The notes below the pieces were generated by a model that ran no database searches, was not told where the DNA came from, and saw only the letters and a program-made list of their open reading frames with translations. 22,380 nt of DNA from Paramoeba atlantica. Its lineage: Eukaryota > Protista > Discosea. Location: assembly GCA_977017575.1 (NCBI GenBank), contig CDRNVI010000224.1:1-22380 (forward strand), written 5' to 3'. Within the stretch, counting starts at the first letter, position 1. Each line of letters begins with the position of its first letter. This document shows positions 13,965 through 22,046 of this stretch, piece after piece. The translations under genes were made by a program, and so were the position numbers.

Positions 13965-14549
13965 AAATAAGAGTTCAAATTCACAGGTAGGGAATTTGAG
14001 ATAACAAGATGAAAAATCCAAAGAGATTAATAATAAAGTACATTCAGATTCAAAAAGTACAAATTCAATCTAGAATTACTTTGAAAATATCAGGAATTTT
14101 TAAGAATATCATCAAGACAGAGGGAAAAATTCAATCAAGCTTTGAGGAAACAAAACAAAATGAGAAATTGTCAAACATAAGAATAAATCCAGTCAAGCAA
14201 ATCCACAATCACAAATTCACAATCAGAAATGGCAGTTGAAGAACAAAAATCTGAAAATACAAATCCATGAATCCAAAATGAGATAGAAATGAGTATTAAA
14301 ACTACACAACCATCATTCAATCAATACAAATGATCACAAATATTCATTGAATCAAGAGAAAAAGTTTGATTAGGGCTCAACTCAAAATCAACAATAAAAT
14401 AATCATCAAAATGCAATTTGTAAGCATGAGGCAAACATCAACAAAGACCAATTGAAATAACAGAAGGAATTACAAAAATTTTCAAATAGAACCAACAATC
14501 ACAATATCCAACACAAAGAAGAGATTGAGGAACATGAAGAAGCTTTGAG
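13959..14549 (+). repeat. ~590-bp direct repeat, copy 2
   Basis: Matches 10427-11019 from AATTAGAAATAAGA to GAACATGAAGA.GC.TTGAG, then diverges. Confidence 0.95.
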
Positions 14550-15225
14550 AAATGTTGACAAACAAAACTCAAGTCAAGATTATACAAGGAAACAGTGTTG
14601 TGTAAGCTGAAGTTGTTCAGAATGTTAATTCCAAACAATATGTTGTTCTAAAAGCATAACCAAAGACAAATAACCAAAACAAACAATGAGCAAGAGGACT
14701 GAATTGATTCACCAATAAAAATGAAACATGGAAATCAACAAGAAATCATCTTAAGCAAATCAAAGGCAGAGAAAATCTATAAAACAGAAATAAAATCAAA
14801 AGAACAGTTGGGCAAAACAAAGAACAAAGTTAAAACAGAGTGTCATAACAGGCAAAAAAAAACATTGACAAATACAAAAATAATCTCCAAGAAACAAGAA
14901 AAATAACATGAATCTTCTATAACATAAGGAGAAAAACAAAAATAGATGTGATCAGAACTGTGTTTATTGAAAAACCATGTGCTAAGTCAAAAATGGCTGC
15001 CAGAAATATAATTCAAAATAGTGCACACCAGTATAAAATTGTAAGCTGAAAAAACAAGAAAAATAATCAATAAAGATAGGGAAAAAGTGAGGCAAAGTAA
15101 AAAGAAATTGAAAGGCAACACAAACAAAATATTGGAAGTTAAAAAATCAAACACAATTTTCAAAACCATTCTTGCAAAGAAGGAAAAAAGTAATAAAGTG
15201 AGAAATTCTAGAGGTGTCCTTTCCC

Positions 15226-15547
15226 AATTGTAGCATAATAGCTTAGTTGGTAAAATAACTATTGCTTCAATTCAAGGTTGTAGATTCAAATCCCAAAAAG
15301 GAAAATATTAAAACATTATTTTCTCTTCCTACTCACTTGAATGTGAATTACAGAATAGATTATTCTTTGTTCTGTCTGCTAAAAAGCAGAGAATAAATTC
15401 CTTAAGAAGGAGTTTGAGTGAATTAAAGGTCTTTAAACCATTTGAACTTAAAGAAGTGAAATTCTATCCTTGTTATTTTTAACCTTAAAAAATTAGTGGC
15501 TTTGGGTTAGACCATCATCTAATAAAGTCCAATATTAAAAAAAAAAA
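15226..15547 (+). mobile_element. tRNA-derived SINE, family B, full-length copy (~320 bp)
   Basis: A-box TAGCTTAGTTGG; B-box-like GATTCAAATCC; AATAAA at 15521; A12 tail; degenerate 16-bp TSD AGAGGTGTCCTTTCCC (15210-15225) / AGAAATGTCCCTTCCC (15548-15563); second copy at 19667. Confidence 0.85.
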
Positions 15548-15552
15548 AGAAA

Positions 15553-15611
15553 TGTCCCTTCCCCTTCTTCCTCCACTAATGTTTCTTTCCCTCTTTCCTC
15601 CACTGGTGTCC
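15553..15611. repeat. 27-bp pyrimidine-rich tandem repeat, ~2.2 copies
   Basis: TGTCCCTTCCCCTTCTTCCTCCACTAA / TGTTTCTTTCCCTCTTTCCTCCACTGG / TGTCC. Confidence 0.7.
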
Positions 15612-15980
15612 AAAGTGTTCCTCTCCTCTGAAGGTGTTTCCTATAGAGTCCCTAGATCACAAGCCAAAAAAGTAATCAAGAAAAAGAACATCACCATTAG
15701 TTTGTAAAACCAGAAAAACACTATCTCTTTTAGTAATTCAAATAAACATGAATTTTCATCTTTTTCATTTGATTTTCATTCTAACAATAGTTAAAAAATT
15801 GTTAATTCCCTCTTTCCCTCTTATCTTTAAAATACTAATCTTGATGGAAATTCAAAATTATCTTCAAATGACCTTCAAGGAAGCTTTTCTATTGTTTAAA
15901 AGAAAAAGAGGAAAAGTTTAAAGAAAAAAAAAAAATTAGAAAAAAAGAAAAAAAATTAAAAGAAAGTTCTAAATTAAAAG

Positions 15981-16406
15981 TTTTTTTTTTTTCTTTTTAA
16001 GGCAAACTTTATTCAATTAATAGTTCTTAATCTAAACCATTTGAATTACATTAAATTATATTTGTTTTTAACTTTTAACAAGAGATGAAGTTTTAAACTT
16101 TAGCTTAGTTCAGTTGGTTTTTATGTTGAACTTTAGAACTTCTGTAAATTCAAGCTAGAGAATGCACATCAGAAGAAAGAATAATCCAAAACTCCTTTCA
16201 AGGGAATTTATCCTTAACTTTTTAGCAAACAGGGCTGAGATGTAATCTGTTCCAATTTTCATACTTCTTCAAAAACTTCTCACTCCAATCAAATCACTTT
16301 ATAGCACCAGAAAAATTTTCTTTTATATCAAAAAACTGGGATTTGAACTCACCCCCCTAGGGTGGAACATAGTCAAATTTATAACTAAACTACAGGTGCC
16401 AACCCT
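15981..16406 (-). mobile_element. tRNA-derived SINE, family A, minus-strand copy (~425 bp)
   Basis: Reverse complement of 17683-18125. Head AGGGTTGGCACCTGTAGTTTAGTT...GAGTTCAAATCCC; AATAAA then A-tail (T12 at 15981); degenerate TSD TTCTAAATTAAAAG (15967-15980) / TTCTAAGTTGGAAG (16406-16419). Confidence 0.85.
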
Positions 16407-16685
16407 TCTAAGTTGGAAGTTAATTAAAAAAAAGGAAAGAAATACTAAAAAATAGAACAGAAGATGGTAAACAAAAGGAAAAAAAAAGGAAAAAAAAATA
16501 ATCAAAATAATATTAGAAAATATGAGCTCTTTCAATTCTCCTCCCTGAGATTTGATGCTCAACTTCAACCCCTTTCTTCAACAGTTATCAACAAGTTCCA
16601 ACTAATTTCTCAACTTCCCACTCCTCCCACCCCCCTCAACTCTCTTTTCCCCCAAGAGAGACTTTGTGATTTCCAAATCTCCTCT

Positions 16686-17542
16686 CACATAGGGGTGAGC
16701 TCAAGCTGCACTTACAATCATGATATTTTTTAGGGTTAAAGTAACTTCAGATATTTCTTTTGAGCCTTCAAAAAAAAAATCTGATATTATATCCATATGT
16801 TCACTTTTATGGTCTCTCTTTTGATTTGTTTGTTTTTTGGTTGAATAAGAATGGTGAAAGTTGAAAAAATAAAATAAAAAAGAAAAAGAAAAAAGAAAAA
16901 AAGTGTGTATTTGTTATTCTTTTGATGATTGAATTGTTTGATTTGAAAGAAAAGGTTGTATATTGAAGTTGAAGATGATGATATTGTGGAAGGAAAAAAA
17001 AGAACTTGTTTTGTTGATTAATTCAAACAAAAAGAAATTTCTTATTGTAAATTCATTTGATGATAAAAAAGTGAAAAGAGAAACAAATTTTTTTTTTTCT
17101 TCAAAAAACACCTCAAAACTCACTCTCAAACACTCTTTTCAACCTTTCTTTCAGTTTTGAAGAGAAAAAACAAAACAAAAAACTGGTGATAGCTTTGTTT
17201 TTTGGTAGTTGAAAAAAAAATGCAAAAAAAAGCACTTTTTTTTCAACAATCAATTTTTTTTTTGTTTTTTTTTGACTGTTGAAATTATTTTTTCAATGGT
17301 TAAAATTTTTGTTATTTTTTTTCAACCATCAAAGTTATTTTTTCAACAATTAATGTTTTTTTTGGTTTTTTTTCAATGGTCAAAAGTTTGAACAATGAAA
17401 GAAAGTCAAGTTGAGGCTGTTTGTGAGCTGAGGTGAGCAATAACATTAGCTAACTTTCAGGGTATTGAAACCTCTCCAACAGTCCAATTCAAATCCACAA
17501 ATTGCCTTGACTGTAAGTGCAGCTTGAGCCCACCCTCATGTG
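16686..17542. mobile_element. Putative non-autonomous TIR element (MITE-like), 857 bp
   Basis: 35-bp terminal inverted repeats at 16686-16720 and 17508-17542 (31/35 identical, CAC...GTG ends) around a non-coding poly(dA:dT)-rich interior; possible 2-bp CT TSD. Confidence 0.6.
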
Positions 17543-17596
17543 CTGGAATTCAATCCTTCCAATTTATCCTAAATTCAATATTTTTTTTATTTTCTT

Positions 17597-17682
17597 AACT
17601 TGAAAGTCCTCTCCTGGAACATAAATAAGCTTTAAAATGAAAAAAAACTTAAGATCTGTAAGAAAATAATAGCTAGCTCTTG
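17597..17682 (+). pseudogene. LINE ORF2 APE endonuclease N-terminal fragment
   Basis: Translates as NLKVLSWNINKL*NEKKLKICKKIIASS and joins in frame to WPQYIFLQET at 19047 once the insertions are removed. Confidence 0.8.
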
Positions 17683-18125
17683 AGGGTTAGTGCCTGTAGT
17701 TTAGTTATAAATTCAACTATATTCAACCTTGGGGGGGCAAGTTCAAATCCCAGTTTTTTAATATTTTAGAAAATTTTTTTGGTGCTGTAAAATGATTTGA
17801 TTGAAGTGAAAAGCTTTTGAAAAAGTGTGAAAATCAAAACAGATTACATTTCAGCCTTATTTGCTAAAAAGTTGAAAATAAATTCCTTTGAAAAGAGTTT
17901 TGAATTATTCTCTCTTTTGATGTACATTCTCCAGCCTGAACTTGTAGAAGTTCTAAAGTTCAGTATAAAGACTAACTAAACTAAGTTAAAGTTTAAAAAC
18001 TTTACTTCTCATTAAAGATTAAAAACAAATATAATTTAATGTAATTTAAATGGTTTAAATTAAAAACTACTAATTGAATAAAGTTTGCTTCAAAAAGAAA
18101 AAAAAAAAAAAAAAAAAAAAAAAAA
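17683..18125 (+). mobile_element. tRNA-derived SINE, family A, plus-strand copy
   Basis: Head AGGGTTAGTGCCTGTAGTTTAGTT...AAGTTCAAATCCC; AATAAA near 18077; A28 tail; degenerate TSD AATAGCTAGCTCTTG (17668-17682) / AACAGTTAACTCTT(G). Confidence 0.85.
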
Positions 18126-18137
18126 CAGTTAACTCTT
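18120..18137. repeat. TSD of the young LINE, left copy (AAAAAACAGTTAACTCTT)
   Basis: Identical 18-mer at 19030-19047; the A6 and TT ends are ambiguous because they abut homopolymers. Confidence 0.9.
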
Positions 18138-19029
18138 TTTTTTTTTTTTTTAAGGTTCAGACACTAGGTGCCATTTATTAGAGTTAAAAAACCATCTCTA
18201 GGATGGAAAAGAGGGGGGAAGAAAGGGGGGGGGGAGGGAAGATAAATTAAGAGTTAGATCCAAAGATCTCTTCAGCATGGGATGCATTGGAGTTTCTTTA
18301 CCAACTTTAGTTCTCACTAAGGGGTCTGCGTTTGATTGTTCGCCTTCTAAAACCAGGGAGTGAATTCGGTTTGGAGGTTTCTATGAAGTTAATTACATTC
18401 CTTCGAAAATCTTCCTCAATAAAGCTCCTCACCAGATTGCTCTCTTGGGACTGATGGAACCATCCTTGGATATCTTTAGTAATTATTACAGGGAGAATTA
18501 GAGCATTCTCAAGAGCAGTTTGGGCCAGAAACAAAACATGGAGGGTTGTCACCGTGTTTTCTTGGAATTTCCTTATAAAATTCCCTGGGGGGATGGGGAA
18601 GGTCCAGTCATGGGTGAGGGGGGAATTGATCCAGTTCCACAGGGTTGAATTCAAAATAATCCACTCTTCACTGGTTTCTGCAATATGTTGTGATCTTGGA
18701 TCCCAATGATGGTCATTCACAGCACATGTTCCATCCTCTTTAGACCAACTTGCAGCAGTTGCAATTGCATCAGCTCGCTTGTTAAGCTCTTGGGGTACAT
18801 GGGTGAATTCTATCTCATCAAAGCACATTGCTAACTTACGGATTTCACAAAGTAGTTCATTCAAGGCATAGTTTTTGATGGCATGGGTTTTGGGTGCAGC
18901 CTTGGTGAGAATCATACAATCCCCGACAACTTCAATCTCATTCGTCATTGATCTGGCACATTGCATTCCTTTCAAACAGCCTGTAAATTCACCAATATTG
19001 TTGGACCCAAGAGGGATGGTTTCAAAACC
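18138..19029 (-). mobile_element. Young 5'-truncated LINE insertion (~890 bp): RNase H, C-terminal extension, 3' UTR, poly(A)
   Basis: Perfect 18-bp TSD; T-tract at 18136-18151 (poly(A) on the element strand); AATAAA (TTTATT at 18174-18179); unbroken reading frame; retains CpG. Confidence 0.93.
18307..19029 (-). CDS. 5'-truncated LINE ORF2 C-terminus (240 aa): RNase HI-like (RVT_3-type) domain lacking its first Asp, plus ~146-aa Trp-rich extension
   Basis: The frame extends upstream of the tracked ORF to the insertion edge: GFETIPLGSNNIGEFTGCLKGMQ...IEVVGDC...FTHVPQELNKRADAIA. Acidic residues: E 18988-90, D 18919-21, D 18769-71. No own start codon, so probably not expressed. Confidence 0.85.
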   Translation of the reverse strand, partial: GFETIPLGSNNIGEFTGCLKGMQCARSMTNEIEVVGDCMILTKAAPKTHAIKNYALNELLCEIRKLAMCFDEIEFTHVPQELNKRADAIATAASWSKEDGTCAVNDHHWDPRSQHIAETSEEWIILNSTLWNWINSPLTHDWTFPIPPGNFIRKFQENTVTTLHVLFLAQTALENALILPVIITKDIQGWFHQSQESNLVRSFIEEDFRRNVINFIETSKPNSLPGFRRRTIKRRPLSEN

Positions 19030-19047
19030 AAAAAACAGTTAACTCTT
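19030..19047. repeat. TSD of the young LINE, right copy
   Basis: AAAAAACAGTTAACTCTT, identical to 18120-18137. Confidence 0.9.
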
Positions 19048-19590
19048 GGCCTCAATACATCTTCCTCCAGGAAACCTATGCAACATCTGAAAATGATTTT
19101 AATCATCTTAAGAACTACTTGAGGAAGTACATTTGGTTTTGTGATTCCTTCTCAGAGAGGAAATGTAGTCTTATGATTGGAATTAGACATGTGAAAGGAT
19201 TGAAAGATCTCATTCTCTTCTTTTTTGAGAAAAATGAAGGTAAATCATTTGGATTAAAAGTTTTCATCCAAAATCAAAAATTCTTAATCTTCAATGTTTA
19301 TCACCACCCTGGTTTGAAACTGGAACACCTAATGGAAGAATCTTCCTGATTTTTCTCCTAAAGCAAAAATATTTTGGTTAGGAATCTCAATTGAGATTTA
19401 AACAAAACCAATTGCTAGAAATTAATTGAACACCTTTCTGATATGAATTTGTCTTGCCTCAACTAGTCAAAACCCATCCATTTTCAGGGGCAGTGTATTG
19501 ATTATATTTTCCTTTTCTTGAAGGCTCCTGAAGATCATTTGTTTATAAATGGAATCTTATTTGGTTTTAAAGATCATATTGTAATGATTG
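19035..19590 (+). pseudogene. LINE ORF2 APE endonuclease, main part, with stops and frameshifts
   Basis: TVNSWPQYIFLQETY, FLIFNVYHHP, KNILVRNLN (from GDxN), QCIDYIF, GFKDHIV. Confidence 0.85.
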
Positions 19591-19666
19591 AAGGGACCAG
19601 TGTAAAAGAGTGGAAGATCAACTCTTGGAAGAAAAGAATTCCTGAATACCTAATTAATAACCCTAC

Positions 19667-19836
19667 AATTGTAGTATGATGGCTTAATTGGTAAAACAGC
19701 TATTGCTTCAATTTAAGGTTGCAGGTTCAAATCTCAAAGAGGAAAATATTAAAAATATTATTTTTTCTTCCTATTCATTTGAATATGAAAAACAGAACAG
19801 GTTATTTTTTGCCCTGTTTACTAAAAAACAAAGAAT
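19667..19836 (+). mobile_element. tRNA-derived SINE, family B, 3'-truncated copy
   Basis: AATTGTAGTATGATGGCTTAATTGG...GGTTCAAATCT aligns to 15226 onwards for ~170 bp and breaks off inside the shared core. Confidence 0.85.
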
Positions 19837-19862
19837 ATTAATATTAATATTAATATTATTAT
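19835..19862. repeat. (ATATTA)n microsatellite at a deletion junction
   Basis: ATATTAATATTAATATTAATATTATTAT lies between the SINE B fragment and the RT fragment. Confidence 0.7.
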
Positions 19863-19875
19863 CCTTTTTGATGTT

Positions 19876-20592
19876 TTGTTGGTTAGTTTGAACAATGGAG
19901 ATGATTTTAAGAAGCTTATTGGGTTTATGGATGACTTAATCCTTTTCCTCCATAGGGTCCAATCCATAAATTCTTTAACCTTAATTTTCCAAGAATATGA
20001 ACAAAGAACTGAAGCTAAACTCAATTATAATAAATGTTTTGTATTATTAACTGAAAAAAACCCTTGGATTGAAATGCCTTTGGCTAATTATTTGAAAGAG
20101 GAGATTGTATACTTGGAAATTATAATTTCTTGAAGAATGAACCCAACTAAGGATTGAGAAGGGATGATCAAGAAAATACAAAAGGTTGGAACAGCAATTA
20201 AGCAAAAGAAAGGCAGCTTCAATGAAAGAGTTTAGATGATTAATACTTACTTTATTCCTTGTATAGATTATTTAACAAGATTTAAGCTTATTTCAAAAGC
20301 TATCTCCTCAAAGATGTGGAAAGCTATTCATTCAACCTTAGGTGCATATGTAAATCTAAAGTCCTATGTAATGACTTCTCTTTGTCTCTTGTTTTTTGAA
20401 AAACCCCAAGTTAAACATCCTATTTTGTTTAACTGGGCTCTACTAGTATCAAGAAAGCCTCTCCAAGATTATTATAAGAATCCATTGTTCATTGAAGCTA
20501 TAAAGATTGATGCTTTAGAAGCTAATAGGGTTATCTTAGAACAAGTAAAGATGAGCTCCAAAATCAAGAAATCTTTCTTTTTTCTATTTTGA
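19876..20592 (+). pseudogene. LINE ORF2 reverse transcriptase C-terminal half and thumb region
   Basis: FMDDL (catalytic xxDD), EQRTEAKLNYNKC, VYLEII (YLGI-like), then RMINTYFIPCIDY; N-terminal RT motifs are absent. Confidence 0.85.
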
Positions 20593-20622
20593 AACATTTT
20601 TGTAAGAGTAAAGAATTTCTAT

Positions 20623-20922
20623 GTGAAGGATGGGTGCTTGAAATGTATGATCTATAATTTATCTCTTCCACAAAGACTCCAGATTAAGCAAAATCTTCTG
20701 AAGTTCTTCTTGAGGGGCCTTCTAACTGTGGATAAGATTGTCCATTTCACATTTGTGAGTTTACTTTGTCAACTGTGTAGAAAAGCCAAAAAGTCAAAGA
20801 TGCACCTTCTCAAAGAATGTTTGAAAGCTAAGATGATTTTGAAAACTATTAAAAAGAAATGCTTTGTTTTAAAGATTCCTAGGTGGAAAAGTGCTAACTT
20901 TGTGTGTGAATTCACAAACTAA
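20623..20922 (+). pseudogene. LINE ORF2 CCHC zinc-knuckle (zf-RVT-like) region
   Basis: KFFLRGLLTVDKI...LCQLCRKAKKSKMHLLKEC fits C-x2-C-x8-H-x4-C. Confidence 0.8.
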
Positions 20923-21138
20923 TATTTAAAAAAGGCTAAAGCATCTGCAGTGAGTATAACTCTATTGAGCTTATGGATTATTGTATGTGCAGAAGAATCT
21001 AAGTTCTCAAGCTTTATTATTAAAATTTTTGATGAAATTGCTAAGACAAACAAAATGATCCTCAAACTTTAGACTATAAAGAAGGCTTCCTCCAAAGGTA
21101 AAAGAGAAGTGAAACAACTAAAGTTCAAATACTCTACC

Positions 21139-21640
21139 TTACAAGTGTTTTATGATAGCTTTAAGTATGTAAATTTCTGCATTGGAGAATTTGAATGTGT
21201 GATTATTAAGGAAGGTTTGAAAGTTGGAGGTAGATTTAAAACAATTCCATTAAGCTCAAATAACTTGAATGAGTTTTCAAGATACTTAACTGGTTTACAA
21301 TAAGTTATTGGTTTTGGATAACATGTAAAAATAGTGGGAAATTGTAAAATTTTAATTGAGGCAGCATCTAAAATGAATTGATAATTTTGAGTTCAATGAG
21401 ATCTTATCTAAGATTAGAAATATTATTAAAAGTAAATTTGCCAAAATAAAGTATATTCATGTGTATTACAAATTTAACAAAAGATCAGATGTGATTATAA
21501 CAGCAACAAGTCACTTTGAAGAGGATGAAATGGAAACTATATTTGATAAAAACTAAGATCCAAGATTGAAGCAACTAACAACAACCAATGAGGAATGGAT
21601 TATTAAGAATTCTAAATTATGAAAATGGGTGATGAAACCA
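21139..21640 (+). pseudogene. LINE ORF2 RNase H and extension, homologous to the young copy
   Basis: VFYD...GRFKTIPLSSNNLNEF...KIVGNCKILIEAAS...YIHVYYKFNKRSDVI...DPRLKQLTTTNEEWIIKNSKL*KWV aligns with the 18307-19029 translation. Confidence 0.85.
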
Positions 21641-22046
21641 TTGGATTTAAATTGAAGCTTTTTTGTGAAGAAAGTTAAATAATATTATTAAGTGGTTTCC
21701 TAAAAGAGTTGCATTTGATGAAATGTTAAAAAGTTTTGTTGAGAAAGAAAACCAAAAGTGGAGAAAAGAGTATGAACAAGCAAGGAACTACTAGTTGAAA
21801 AGTGTAATAAGACTTTCTATAAAAAGGAAGATTATTAAATTTATTAAAGTTGATGAAAAGAAAAGAATTTTAAAAGAGATTTGAATGAGAAATAGAAAGA
21901 AACATTAGAACTTTTGGCTACTAAGTTAGTATTAAAGTGAATTAATCTTACTTGACTATAATAATTTAATTTAAGTATATTCTTAAATATCTAGATTACA
22001 CTTCATTTCAATAAATGATATTTTTGATATTTAAATTAAAAAAAAA

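Larger units (their letters stand above)
17597..22046 (+). mobile_element. Old, decayed non-LTR retrotransposon (LINE) ORF2 with APE, RT, CCHC and RNase H; interrupted by two SINEs and a younger LINE, and internally deleted
   Basis: Ordered motifs LKVLSWNIN (17600), YIFLQET (19056), NVYHHP, ILVRNLN (19371), IDYIF (19497), KDH (19569), FMDDL, KLNYNK, YLEI, CQLC-x8-H-x4-C, RNase H; AATAAA at 22010 and A9 tail at 22038-22046. Confidence 0.9.

Noticed and set aside
10427-14549. LTR retrotransposon with ~590-bp LTRs
   Set aside because: No TG...CA ends, no recognisable PBS or correctly placed PPT (the purine tract at 11041-11115 is on the wrong side), no TSD, and no protease or integrase motifs.
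10908-15169. Minus-strand hydrophobic ORFs (F/L/C-rich) as membrane proteins
   Set aside because: They are the antisense shadow of an A-rich plus strand; composition explains them and they lie in repeated sequence.
15226-15300. Functional tRNA genes at the four SINE heads
   Set aside because: No closing acceptor stem or credible anticodon arm, B boxes are decayed (TTCAAA), and each is fused to a repeated body, with A-tail and TSD in the full-length copies.
15354-15416. Assignment of the SINE core to the Deu/Nin or CORE domain
   Set aside because: The resemblance from memory is limited to a short CTGTCTGCT-like word, which is insufficient without a database search.
16914-17391. Short ORFs inside the TIR element as a transposase
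   Set aside because: They are low-complexity poly-K/F translations of homopolymer runs with no DDE-like motifs.
15981-18125. One large foldback or composite transposon bounded by the inverted SINE A copies
   Set aside because: Each SINE has its own TSD and the similarity stops at the SINE 5' ends; the inner 35-bp IR is separated from them by unrelated sequence.
18307-18975. Host or horizontally acquired bacterial rnhA gene
   Set aside because: It lacks the first catalytic Asp and a true start, and has a poly(A) tail, a TSD and a homologue inside the neighbouring LINE ORF2.
18138-22046. A single twin-primed (5'-inverted) LINE insertion
   Set aside because: The TSD brackets only 18138-19029, both parts contain RNase H, and they are strongly diverged in sequence and CpG content.
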